NCBI GenBank assembly: GCA_051313645.2
Contig: JBNRSN020000010.1
Coordinates: 131,006,001-131,070,000 of the forward strand
Reading direction: 5' to 3'
Length of the DNA: 64,000 bases
DNA from: Centroscyllium fabricii
Taxonomy: Eukaryota
Numbering within the stretch: position 1 is the first letter of the stretch; the number at the start of each line of letters is the position of its first letter. Made by a program: the position numbers and the translations under genes. Below, piece after piece: positions 48,092-60,260 of the stretch. The notes beneath the pieces are model-generated. The model was not told the DNA's origin. It searched no databases and saw only the letters and a program-made list of their open reading frames with translations.

Positions 48092-48410
48092 ACTTGAGTT
48101 GATGTACACTGCATTGAACCCTATAGCAGTCCAGCTAAAACTCACTCAGTGCTGTTCCACATGCTCTTGCTTTGGACATCATTGGGCTCAAAAATGAGCC
48201 TCCATCAAGAGATTGTAGATTTTGCATTCAGCAATAGAATTACCCAAAGACTTTGCTCTTTGCTGAGATACGTGATCCCTCTGTGTTAGTAATTATCACT
48301 GCTAGAAGAAAATAAACCAGATAATGTGGTTAAGATGCCTAAACACTGAACATAGTCGTGGGAGCTTTTAAAAGGACAGTTGCTTTAAAAACTTACCCTG
48401 TATTAATTAC

Positions 48411-50860
48411 GTAGAATATACAGCACAGAAACGGGACATTTGGCCCAACTAGTCACTGCTGGTTTTTATACTCCACACGAGTCTTCTCCCATTCCATCGA
48501 CCTCATCCCAGTTCTCATCATATCTTTTTATTTCCTTTTACCTCAAGTACACGTTTAGTCTCATTTTGAAAGCATCTAAGCTATTTGCCTAACCCACTTC
48601 CTGGATAACATAAAAAAATAGGAGCAGGAGCCGGCCATACAGCCCCTCGAGCCTGCTCCGCCATTCAATAGGATCATGGCTGATCTTTGACCTCAACTCC
48701 ATTTTCCCACCTGATCCCCATATCCCTTGATTCCCTTAGAGTCCAAAAATCTATTAATCTCTGCCTTGAGTATACTCAATGAGCATCCACAGCCCTCTGG
48801 GGTAGAGAATTCCAAGGATTCACAACCCTCTTGGTGAAGAAATGTCCCCTCATCTCAGTCTTAATGGCCAACACTTTTATTTTGAGACTATGACCCCTAG
48901 TTCTAGACAGTCCAAGCCCTGTAAGAATTTGGTATGTTTCAACGAGATCACCTCTCATTCTTCTAAAATCCAGAGAATGTAGGCCAATTCTACTCGATCT
49001 CTCCTCATTGAACAACCCTCATCCCAGGAATCAATCAAATGAACCTTTGTTGCACCTCCTCTAAGGCAGTTATATACTTCCTTGGGTAAAGAGACCAAAA
49101 CTGTACATAGTACTCCAGGTGTGGTCCCACTAAAGCCCTCTACAATTGCAGCAAAACGTCCTTACTCTTGTACTCTAACCCTCTTGCAATAAAGGCCAAC
49201 ATGCCATTTGCCTTACTAATTGCTTGCTGTACCTGCATGTTAAATCTGTTTCATGCTGCAGCGGTTCAAGAAGGTGACTCACCACCATCTTCTCGAGGGC
49301 AGTTCGGGATGGGCACTAAATGCAGGCCTAGCCAGCCAGCGACGCCCACATCCCATCAATGAATTTAAAAAAATGTAAAATGACACCCAAATCCCACTGA
49401 ACACCAAATTTTAATAGTTTCTCAACATTTTTTAAAAAATCTGTTTTTCTATTCTTCGTACCAAAGTGAATAACCTCACATTTCCCCACATTATAGTCCA
49501 TCTGTCTCCTTGCCCACTCACTTGACCTGTCTATATCTCTGTGTCCTCCTTACAGCTTACTTTCCCACCTAGCTTTGTATTGTCAACAAGTTCACATTCT
49601 AACCACTTTGAGTAAGGACATTTCTCCTTAAATATGTATTGGATTTATTAGTAACTAGCTTGTATTTATGGCCCCTAATTTTGTGTTCTCCCACAAATGG
49701 AAACATTCTCTCCACATCGCCCTTGTCCAACCCATTCAGAATTTTAAGACCTCTATTAGGCCTCCGCTAAGTCTCTTTTCTAAAGAAAAATGCCCTAATC
49801 TGTTTAATCTTTCCTGATAGCTGGAATCTCTCACTAGGGGCGGCACGGTGGCATAGTGGTTAGCACTGTTACCTTACAGCGCTAGGGGCCCGGGTTCAAA
49901 TCCGGCCTCGGGTGACTATCTGTGTGGAGTTTGCACATTCTCCCCGTGTCTGCGTGGAATACCTCCCGGGTGCTCCGGTTTCCTCCCACAGTCCAAAGAT
50001 GTGCGGGTTAGGTTGATTGGCCATGATAAATTGACCCTTAGTGTTAGGGGGGTTAAATATGTGGGGGTTACGGGGATAGGGTGGGATATGTGTCGGTGCA
50101 GGCTCGATGGGCCGAAATGGCCTCTGTCTGCACTGTAGGGATTCTATGATTCTTGTAAATCTTTTAGGCACTTTTTCTCCTAAAGAAAAATGCCCTAATC
50201 TGTTTAATCTTTCCCCATAGCTGGAATCTCTCACTTCTTGTAAATCTTTTATGCACTTTCTCCAATGCTTCTATGTCCTTTTTATAGTATGAGGACCAGA
50301 ACTGTGCACACTACTGTAAGTGTGGTGTGACCAGGGTCCTATACAAGTTTAACATAACTTGGCTACTTTTGAATTCTATACCCCTAGAAATAAATCCCAG
50401 TGCTTTGTCAGTATTTTTAATTGTTTTGCTGACCTGTAATGCTGCTTTAATGATTTGTTCACCTGTATCCCTAAATCCCTTTGCTCTTCTACCCCATTCA
50501 GTTTCTTATTTTCTAGGCTGTAGGTGATGTTTCTGTTTTTCCTACGAAAGTGCATTACCTCACATTTATCTGTTAAAGTTAACTGCCCAGTCTGCAATTT
50601 TTCTAATGTCCTCTTGTATTATGTTACATTCTTACTCGGTGTTAGCTAGTTTGCTAGTAAATTTTGATTACTTATTCCTAAGTCCAAATTGTTAATACAA
50701 GTTATGAATAACAGTGGGCCAGCACTGAACCTTGTGGAACACCATTCGTCCAATCTTTACCCCGACACTCTGCTTCCCATGTTTTAGCCAGTTTTCTATC
50801 CAGTCAGCTATTGACTCCACATGCCCTAAACTTTTGTCATGAGCCTACCATGTGGCATTA
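48411..50860 (-). mobile_element. Nested CR1 cluster: old CR1 interrupted by a younger CR1 (about 48607-49587), an L2-like tail (about 49245-49380) and a SINE
   Basis: Host CR1 breaks at about 48606 and resumes at about 49588; CR1 peptides on the minus strand in both layers. Confidence 0.78.
49837..50152 (+). mobile_element. HE1-like V-SINE, copy 3
   Basis: Near-identical to 7940-8252. Confidence 0.88.
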
Positions 50861-51169
50861 CTATGTGGAGAACTTGATTTTGGAGAGTAACATCCTTATT
50901 GCCACTGAATCAAATATTTAATGAGTGAAATTTATCTTGACCTGTATGACTTTTCAACTTATAAAAACTGAACAGATTCTGCTATTTGGGGTCAGGTGGT
51001 GAATTGTGCTGCTTGTGAGCTCCCGGTACTTGTTTGCATAGTGAGGGCTCAAACCATGCTTTTTGGTTCCTAATGACAAAATAGGGATTATATTTCTTGG
51101 GCGAGGGCAGCGAAAGGGGAGGGCAAGAAAAGAGAGGTCTCTTTAGGGTTGTGGTGGCACCAAGATGAC

Positions 51170-54100
51170 ACACCTGGCAATGGATGTTTGGAACAAAGTC
51201 AACTCTCTGTGGCGAGCTCTGTAAGCTGATACCTGAGCCGGGGAGGTCTGCAGTACTTCGATAATTGACGAGCTGCCTGGCTCACCCATGGAACCTGGAG
51301 GAATGGAACTGTCACTGGGACTGTGATTCTTCTAACTCCGCTCCAGATAATCCTACAAGTGAATTGGCTGGATAGGACTGGGAGAGACAGATAGCACTAG
51401 AGTAAGAAATATAAGGTATTGGGTGGAGTCAGACTGTAAGAGACTAAGAAGGTCTGAGAGGTTTACAGTGCAATTGTGTAAGCACACGAAACGTGATAAA
51501 TAAGGTTGGTGAGCTGCAGGTGCAAATTGCCACATGGGAATATGATGTGGCGATAATGGAGACCTGGTTCAAAAAGGGCAGGATTGGGTACTAAATATTC
51601 CTGGATATAAGATGGGAAAGGAAAGAAAGGAGGTAGGGTGGTAGTATTGATTAAGGAGAATATTACAGTGCTGGAGAGAGAGCATGTCCTGGAGGGGTCA
51701 AGGACAGAATCTATTTGGTTAGAGTTAATAAACTAGAGGTTTCATTACACTAGGTGTTTTCTATAGCCCACCTACTAGTGGGAAGGATATGGATGAGCAA
51801 GTTTGCAGGGAAATTGCAGAGGTGCAAGAACTATAGAGTAGTGATAATGGGGGACTTCAATTCTCCTAATATAGACTCGGATAGTAATAGTGTAATGGGC
51901 AGAGATGGGGAAGAATTTCTGGTGAGTTCAGGATAAATCTCTTCGTCAGTATGTTTCCCGCCCAACGAGAAAGAAGGCATTGCTGGATCTGGGGAAATGA
52001 GATGGGCCAGGTGGATCAAGTGTCAGATGGGGAACATTTAGGGAACAGTGATCATACATATGATCTATACATAAGGTTTAGATTAGCTGTGGAAAAGAAC
52101 GAGGGGCAATCTAGAGTTAAAATACTTAATTGGAGAAGGGCCAATTTCAGTGGGTTGAGAACGGACCTGGCCCGGGTAAATTGGAATCAAAGAGCGGCAG
52201 GTAAAACTATAATGGAACAATGGGCTGTCTGTAAAGAGGAGATGGTTCAGGTACATTCCCACGAGGTGGAAAGTTAGGGCAACCAAAGCCAGAGCACCCT
52301 GAATGACGAAAGAGATAGAGAGTAAGATGAAGCAGAAAAAAGGGGTGTATGACAGATGTCCGGTTGAGAATACAAGTGAAAACCAGGCTGAACATAGAAA
52401 GTTCAGAGGGGAAGTGAAAAAGGAAAAGGGCAAAGAGTATGAGAATAGATTGGCAGCTAACATAAAAGGGAATCAAAAGTCTTCTATAGGCAGATAAATA
52501 ATAAATGGGTAGTAAGAGGAGGGGTGGGGCCGATTAGGGACCAAAAAGGAGACCTACACATGGAGTCAGAGGGCATGGCTGAGGTACTAAACTTTGCATC
52601 TGTCTTTACCAAGGAAGAAGATGCTGCCAAAGTCATAGTGAAAGAGGAGGTAGTTGAGATACTGGATCGGATAAAAATTGATAGAGGAGGTACTAGAAAG
52701 GCTGGCTGTACTTTAAGTAGATAAGTCACCAGGACCGGATGGGATGCTTCTCAGTTTGCTGAGGGAAGTAAAGATGGAAATTGCAGAGGTATTGGCCATA
52801 ATCTTACAATCCTCCTTAGATACGAGGTTGGTGCCAGAGGACTGGAGAATTGCAAATGTTACAACCTTGTTCGAAAAGGGGTGTAAGGATAAGCCCAGCA
52901 ACCACAGGCCAGTCAGCTTAACCTCTGTGGTGAGGAAGCTTTTAGAAATGATAATTTGGGACAAAATTAACAGTCACTTGGACAAGTGTGGATTAATTAA
53001 GGGAAGCCAGCACAGATTTGTTAAAGGCAAATCTAGTTTAACTAACTTGATTGAGTTTTTTGATGAGGTAACGAGAGGATTGATGAGGGCAATGCGGTTG
53101 ATGTGTACATGGACTTCCAAAAGGTGTTTTGATAAAGTGCCACATAATAGGCTTGCCAGCAAAATTGGAGCCCATGGAATAAAACGGACAGTGGCAGCAT
53201 GGATATGAAATTGGCTAAGTGACAAAAAACGGAGTAGTGGTGAATGGTTGGTTGTATTTCAGACTGGTGGAAAGTATACAGTGGTGTTCCCCAGGGGTTG
53301 GTACTAGGACTACTGCTTTTCTTTATATATCAATGACGTGGGTGTACAGGGCACTATTAAAATTTGCAGATGACACAAAACTTAGAAATATAGTCAACAG
53401 TGAGGAGGATAGGGATAGATTTCAAGAAGACATACAGGCTGGTGGAATGGACGGACATATGCAGCTGAAATTTAACACACAAAAGTCCGAAGTGATGCAT
53501 TTTGGTAGGAAGAACAAGGAGAGACAATATAAACTGAGGGGTACAATTCTAAAGGGGGTGCAGATATCCTGGTGGGGTATATGCACAAATCGTTGAAAGT
53601 GATGGGGCAGGTTGAGTAAGCAGTTAAAAAAGCACACGGGATCCTGAGCTTTATAAATAGAGGCATAGAGTACAAAAGCAAAGAAGTTATGATGAACCTT
53701 CATAAAACACTGGTTTGGCCCCAACTGAAGTATTGTGTCCAATTATGATCACTGCACTTTAGGAAGGATGTGAAGGCCTCAGAGAGGGTGCAGAGAAGAT
53801 TTACGAGAATGGTTCCAGGAATGAGAGACTTCAGGGTAGACTGGAGAAGCTGGGGTTGTTCTACTTGGGGCAGAGAAGATTGAGGGGCGATCTGACAGGG
53901 GTGTTCAAAATCTTGAGGGGTCTAGACAGAGTAGATAGAGAGAAACTGTTCCCATTGGCGAAAGGGTCGAGAACCAGAGGACGCAAATTTAAGGTGATTG
54001 GCAGAAGAACCAAAGGCGACACGAGGGAAATCTTTTTTACACAACGAGTGGTTATGATCTGGGATGCGCTGCCTGAAAGGGTGGTGGAGGCAGACTCAAT

Positions 54101-54260
54101 TGTGGCTTTCAAAAGGGAATTGGATAAGTACCCGAAGGGGGAAAAATGTGCAGGGCTACAGGGAAAGGGCGGGGGAGTGGGACTAGCTGAAGTGCTCTTG
54201 CAGAGAGCTGGCATAGGCGAGATGGGCCGAATGGCCTCCTGTGCTGTAACGATTCTATGA
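51170..54260 (+). mobile_element. Near full-length degenerate CR1 LINE (endonuclease, RT, 3' end)
   Basis: [44 protein letters not shown] and FFTQRVVMIWDALP motifs in order across frameshifted ORFs; 5' boundary uncertain. Confidence 0.88.
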
Positions 54261-54538
54261 CAGGAAAACTTACTAGTGCTCTGTGCTGGCAGACTGTTTT
54301 TTCCGAGCAAAAGTCTTAACAGTACCTCCAGTTACATTTGCAGGTTCCCCAAGCCTTGTCTCCAGCCCACCCATGCCAAGTTCTCTAGACTTGGATAAGT
54401 GGCAGTGTCCCCACAGGGCAGGAGTGTGCATTCCATATTGGGTAAAAACAAACTTTATCTGTCTGGATTTCTTGGTGACTTCGTTTGGACATTTTAAATA
54501 TGTTGATTTGTCTGAAGTGCAGAAACTGCTGCTGTCTG

Positions 54539-54567
54539 ACCCCCCCCCCCCCCCCCCCCCCCCCCCC
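54539..54567. repeat. poly-C tract
   Basis: About 28-29 consecutive C. Confidence 0.9.
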
Positions 54568-54750
54568 AACAAGATAATTGTGAAATAAATATCTTGTCAT
54601 TTCACCTCAATGAAGTCGTAGGTTTGAGTTTTCTGGAAAATTGTCCTGAGTTTGCTTTTTTGGATGTGTATTGTGTGTAAAACCCAATTGCTCTGTAAAA
54701 CTTGTATTAAGCTGTAACTACTAAGATCCTTATTTTCATTTGCTTTTTAG

Positions 54751-54786
54751 GCAACTGGAGTGCTGAAGGAAGGAGCTTCTGTTTGA
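54751..54786 (+). CDS. KTN1: KTN1 terminal coding exon ATGVLKEGASV*
   Basis: Strong acceptor TTTTCATTTGCTTTTTAG|, phase 0, TGA stop, followed by a repeat-free AT-rich UTR; the end resembles RRBP1 'KEGTSV*'. Confidence 0.78.
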   Translation, partial: ATGVLKEGASV

Positions 54787-55720
54787 AGATGGTGCTGTGG
54801 TTTGCACCTTGATTTGCCAAATTAAAGCCTTATTTATGTTTTTCACCCTTCTTAATTGTCAAACACTGAATAGAGCTTTACCTTTGTGTTTTTTAAATAT
54901 TGGATTAAACTACTGATTCAAAAATATTGTAGGCAGCTTGAGAGTTTTTAGTTTTATAAAACATGGTATCCAATCTGTACATTCCTAAACGCAAATAAGT
55001 TGGGTTTAAATTTTTTTTTGCTAAATGCCAATGTTGACTACCAGCAAATAATATAATTTGGGCAAAACCAGGAGCTGAAAAACAATAATAATCCTAGCGG
55101 CACATTTGCTTTTGGGTTTAAAACTTAAATTTTCAGGGTTGGCTGCTTCTAATTTTCAGCATCAAACACTCCTCATTTTGTCGCTAGCTTAGAAAATCTA
55201 AAGAACTTTATAAACGTGATGCTGAATAAAGGGATGCTTGTTTCTAAGCGTAAAGACTGAAGCTTCATTCAGTAAAGCACTACGGTTTTTACTGCAGTGT
55301 GGCCAGATGAAATGTTAATCTAGACTGCAGTATGTCAGTTGATTTCTATAGATGTCACTTTGAGGGTTGAATAGTATTTAATTGTAACATCCTGCAATAA
55401 ATGTTGGCTATTCAGTTATTGCTGACTTCAAGGTGCAAACTGTTTTTCTGTTAAGTGGACTTGAAATACAGTTGACCTGTGGTGTATTGGAAGCATTTGT
55501 GGCTACATACCCAAGCTGCTAGTTTAAAAAATGGTTTATGGGGGGGAAGAAAGGGTAAACAGTTGAAATTGATGCTGCTTTGATATTTTACTGTTTTCTT
55601 TAAAGTAGAATTGAAACTAATTACATTTAAGGAGCTGCCATTTTAAAAAAAAAGTTATGAACTGTAAATAAGTCCTATGTAAAAATGAGGGAAAAATAAA
55701 ATCTCCTTTGCATCTTGTTT
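54787..55720 (+). other. KTN1: KTN1 3'UTR with candidate polyadenylation signals
   Basis: TE-free AT-rich stretch after the stop; AATAAA at 55225, 55396 and 55695, the last followed by U/GU-rich sequence. Confidence 0.6.
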
Positions 55721-56327
55721 CTCTATGAAATTGTCACTTTGTTCTCTAGTGCAGTAAGGAAGTTTGCCATAAGGTCTGGAATTCAACAGTGGGGTTGGGA
55801 AACTCGTGTGGTATCAGAATATTACAGAAGATATTGGTGCTGTGGGTTCCTTCCACTTGGTGCTGATATTGATAGACTGGGATTTATTAGCAACAGTGTC
55901 CAAAGTATTGACCAGTGCAGCTCAAAATTAGATGACAGTTAATGTATGTGAATAAGTAAAGTAGTCATGTATAAATGTTAGTCTTCAATTATTCATAAAT
56001 TTTAAAAGTATTGCATTTTAATTTCAGAAGTTGCTCATGAGGCAAACTATGTAATCTGATTCCTGATCTATGATGCAGAGTTTTTACAGAAATTGAGATG
56101 TCATAAAACCTCAATTTACTCAATTGATAGACTTCTGTTTAAAATAGAGCAGCATTCAATGGTGCAGCAGCCCATTGAAGTAGATATCTGCCTCAGCTAA
56201 GGCATGTAGCATGTTCCCTTTAGCTCTGGAGATCCGGCTTTTAAATGGAAAAACTGCGCATATACGGAATTTTGAATGCCACGTGGCCCCCCCCCCCCAA
56301 AAAAATTGGAAGGAACATTGGTGGTTA

Positions 56328-56796
56328 GCATAGAAACATAGAGGATAGGAGCAGGAGTAGGCCATTCGGCCCCTCGAGTCTGCTCTGCCACTCAGTGAGA
56401 TCATGGCTGATCATCCAAATTCAGTACACTGTCCCTGCCCTCTGCCCATATCCCTTGATCCCTTTAGCCTTAAGAAATAGAATATCTAACTCCTTCTTGA
56501 ATATATTTAATGAATTGGCCTCAACTGCCTTCTGTGGTAGAGAATTCCACAGGTTCACCACTCTCTGGGTGAAGAAATTCCTCCTCATCTCAGTCCTAAA
56601 TGGCTTACCCCTTATCCTTAGACTGTGACCCCTGCTTCTGCACTCCCCGGCCATCGGGAACATCCTTCCTCCATCTAGTCTGTCCAGTACTTTCAGAATT
56701 TTATAAGTTTCAACAAGATCCATCCCCTCTCATTCTTCTAAAGTCTTAATGAATATAAGCCTAATCGACTCAATCTCTCTTCATACGTCATTCCTG
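56328..56796 (-). mobile_element. Young CR1 3' fragment downstream of KTN1
   Basis: ..RGHSLRIRGKPFRTEMRRNFFTQRVVNLWNSLPQKAVEA..; same subfamily as 17157 and 32870. Confidence 0.92.
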
Positions 56797-57822
56797 ACTT
56801 TTTTTTCTCCTATGGCAGTTTCGATGTGATTTTTTCATAGAGACTCATTCTGCGATGATGAGTGAGGAGCATTAATCTGATTTTAAAGCTCAGTAGTGTA
56901 ATGAAACCATTGTGTTTAGCAAAGTATCTGATTGTATTTACTTTCCTGTCCCTTTCCAAATTTTTTATTGTTTCATTTCCCGTTGCACCGTTCCACAATG
57001 AGGCATGTGGAAAAAGTGCTGCATGGCGTCTACAAGTACTGTTCTGAAATGCAAAAGTAGGAGTTATGTAGTAAATTTTGTTAAGAATGGGGGCGTGGGA
57101 GACAGGAAAAGTGCATGTTAATTTGGGGACAGTGTTCTAGACTGACGTGAACAAAACATCCATCGAATTTCTATTGCAATGTATCGCCAGTAAATGGGCT
57201 GAAAATCTTTAACTGGAGGTGCATATGTTTGTACACTTTTAAATTTAAACAAAAAGAATTTGAAAAAGATTCAGGACCCACAATAAAAGCTGGCTATAAA
57301 ATATTGAAATTATTTTAGGGACTGGGGTATCTACGCGTTATTATAAATGTGGTTGTATTACCTACATCCATTACCAACAAATTAGGTAGCTTTCTATTTC
57401 TCTGCTTAAAATCAATCACGCTAATTACATTTTTAAATTGCTGAACTTGTAAGTTCAAACGTTTTGGTTTCTTCGGGTAAAAGATTAAATTAAGAAGCAT
57501 AGCTCCTACAAATAGGTTCCCGAGTACGGCTCTAATTCCCATATTCAGTATTTCAAACACACACTAGAAGCAATTTGAGAGGTGATATGACCAGCAACAT
57601 GAAATGGAGGGTCTTTAGTTGGTCATGCACCGTACAAATTTTGGATTCTCTCCCTGAATAACTTCTCATTTGTGCTTGGGTGCAATTTTATTTAAAGGTA
57701 TATATTTACGCTTAGTGTCGCAGTAAAGGTGTCTCGATTACATTTACATAAGGACTTTGTAATGGTACTACTTTAGTATTCTAAAGTAAAAAATTAAGCC
57801 TCAATTTATCGCTGTGCATTTA

Positions 57823-58157
57823 CAGGTACACAACCCTTTATCCGAAAACCTTGGGACTGGGTGGGTCTCTGTTTTCAGGATTTTTCGGTTTTTAGAGTTT
57901 GCCCAGTGCGCATGCGCAGATCATATGCGCATTGCCGTGTTTGCGGCCCAGTCGCAGTCGGGGAATGGCATATCGTCCGTTTATTTCCTCAGCACAGCAT
58001 CAACAGCACGGCATCCAGGTAAAAACATTTTTTCTGCTGCAGCTGGTCACTTCCTTCAATTTATTTAAGAAAAAAATGGTTATTTTGGTGCAACTCGGGA
58101 TTTCGGTTTTTGGAGCTTTTCGGTTTTTGGATTTGAGGGTAAGGGATTGTGTACCTG
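57823..58157. mobile_element. Tigger-like MITE, family 2
   Basis: TA|CAGGTACACAACCCTTTATCCGAAA ... AAGGGATTGTGTACCTG|TA; internal TGCGCATGCGCA. Confidence 0.85.
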
Positions 58158-58671
58158 TATTACTTTTCTCTTGTTTTGTTTCCCATACCCTTCTTCTAAA
58201 ATTGGCAAATTGAGTAGAGTTACAGTTCTCGCATGCAGTGATAACCTTCCAGTCCCTCGTTAGCTTTGTGTGAGCCTAAAAGTGGGTGCCAGCAGCGAAC
58301 ATCATGATCTAGTATAGTTCTGCCCTTTGACGTCTTTCTTACCTGTACCCCCCACCCCCCAAAAAAAACATGTACACCTCCGCCAGATTTTCTGGTTAGT
58401 GATTGGGAGCAAAAGCTCTAGCCAATTTTTGTATCCTCTGTTCCCTACCCCAGGGATGCTCAGAACAACTAAGTGTCACTATTGCTACTGTTAAAGATTT
58501 AACTAATGCAGTATGGAATTAGGATGAAACCTAGGACTCTTGTATGCCATAGTCATATGCAGAGCAGTTCATTTACTTACTAAGATACTGTTTTCAATTG
58601 ACAAAGTGTAACTAGTTTCTCAGTCTTATTAAAAAGTATTTTCTTAAGTAAGGCTATAAATGGGTGCCGTA

Positions 58672-60260
58672 AACAACAATAACTTGCATTTATATGCCTT
58701 CACCCCCAAAGTTGAAGGAAACACCCCCAAAGTTGAAGGTGTATAAAGTACTTTGGGGGTGTAATAATAATACATAAAAGGAATAAAGGAATAGACAAAG
58801 CCATGGTGAGGCTTGGAAGAGGTGACTGAAGCTTGTCAGATTAAGACCGATTGAGAGTTTTTAATGCTGGAGGAGGAATTGGTGAGCCAGATGGGATTAG
58901 TGAGAGACTTCAGTCAGTAGAGTTGAGGCAGTTGATGGCGCTGCCAACAATGGTATGAAGAGTGGAATGCACAAAATGTTGGTCAATAGGCTGAAGAGTC
59001 GGAGAGAGTTGGAAAGCTGGAGAAGGTTGCAGATACAGTGTCTGGGGAGGCCATGGAGAGATTTGAGGACGAGGATTTAAAATTTATTGGTGGGAACCCA
59101 TGTAGGTCAGAGGATTGAAGTGATGAACATGTGGGACATGGTACAACAACTAGGTTTTGAACAAGTTGGCGTTTATGGAGGGTGGAAAATGGAAGACTGA
59201 CTAGAAAGATTTTGAAGAACTGCATGTAGAGATATCCAAATTGGTTTCAACAACTTTAGAGGTGATGTATGGGCCATGATGGTGGTGTTGTCGAGGTGGC
59301 AGTAAGTAATATTGGTAATGAATAAGATCTGGGGCTTTAAAGCTGAAGTTATGGTTGAACAAGACACCAGGGTGTTGCATGGTCTGGTTCAGCCTAAGCA
59401 AGTGACCGAGAGGCACCTGGAGTCAGTGGCGAGAGTGGAGTTTATCACAATGCTAATCACTGGCTTTGATCTTATGTTCACTGAAGGAAATTTTGATCAA
59501 TTTGTGGATGAATCAGTCACATGCAGATACAGGGTATATGGAAGCTGATTCTGCCAGTGATTTTTGTCACAGAGGAGTAACGTAGATGTGGAAACGAGGG
59601 CCAAAGGTAGATCCTTGGCAGACTCCGTTACTCTGCAGGAGCAGAAAGAGAAGCCATTGCTGGAGATGTGCTGGATGCATTCAGACAGGTAGGAGTGGAG
59701 TCACAGCAGGGCAGTTTCATAGCTGGACAGTGGAGGAGAGATGATTGAAGATGGTGTGATTGATACCAAATGCAGCAGAGGTTGAGAAAGATGAGGAATA
59801 ATGTAATTCGTGACTTTGGCCAGGGCAGTCTCAATCCTGGAAGCAGGGTGGAAGCTGGAATGAAGAGATTTGAACATTAAATTTTGGAAGAGATGGACAT
59901 AAAAGTGGGAGGCGATGAGCATTCCAGGACTTGAGATTTGAGAGGAAAGGGAAAGTAGAGATGGGGTGGATGAGTTGGAAAGGACAGACCGGTCAAGGAT
60001 AGGCTTTTTGATGGGGCAGTCGTGATGGTGGTTTTGGACAGTTACAGTCAGAGCAAAACGCTGTCTACAATGTTGACATGCATAGGCCAGGATGGGTAAT
60101 TGAGTAGGGAATGAATCAAGGGAACAGGAGTAGGGAATAGGGAATGAATCAAGGGAACAAGAGGTGGGTCGCTAAGGAAGAGAACGTGCAGAGTGATGGA
60201 GGTTTGGAGGAAGACTGGGGAAGTCGAGAGGAGTTGGGAGAAGAGGGGTCGGTAGCAGTA
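58672..60260 (-). mobile_element. Old L2 LINE, degenerate
   Basis: Begins with the reverse of the L2 tail (AACAACAATAACTTGCATTTATA); minus-strand remnant ..SRIETALAKVTN.. like the L2 RT 'STETALxKVTND' motif. Confidence 0.7.

Noticed and set aside
54539-54567. Long poly-C tracts (also 8599-8633) as regulatory G4 elements
   Set aside because: Simple homopolymers with unreliable length in assemblies and no other supporting evidence
13972-54786. Calling the gene RRBP1 because of the KEGASV end and NWKAMEAL motif
   Set aside because: Most exons (TEKMLQDKVNKT, LLTELQKKLDDS, QLNETLTKL, ENSDVS) and the 38/91/69 modules match KTN1 much better as recalled
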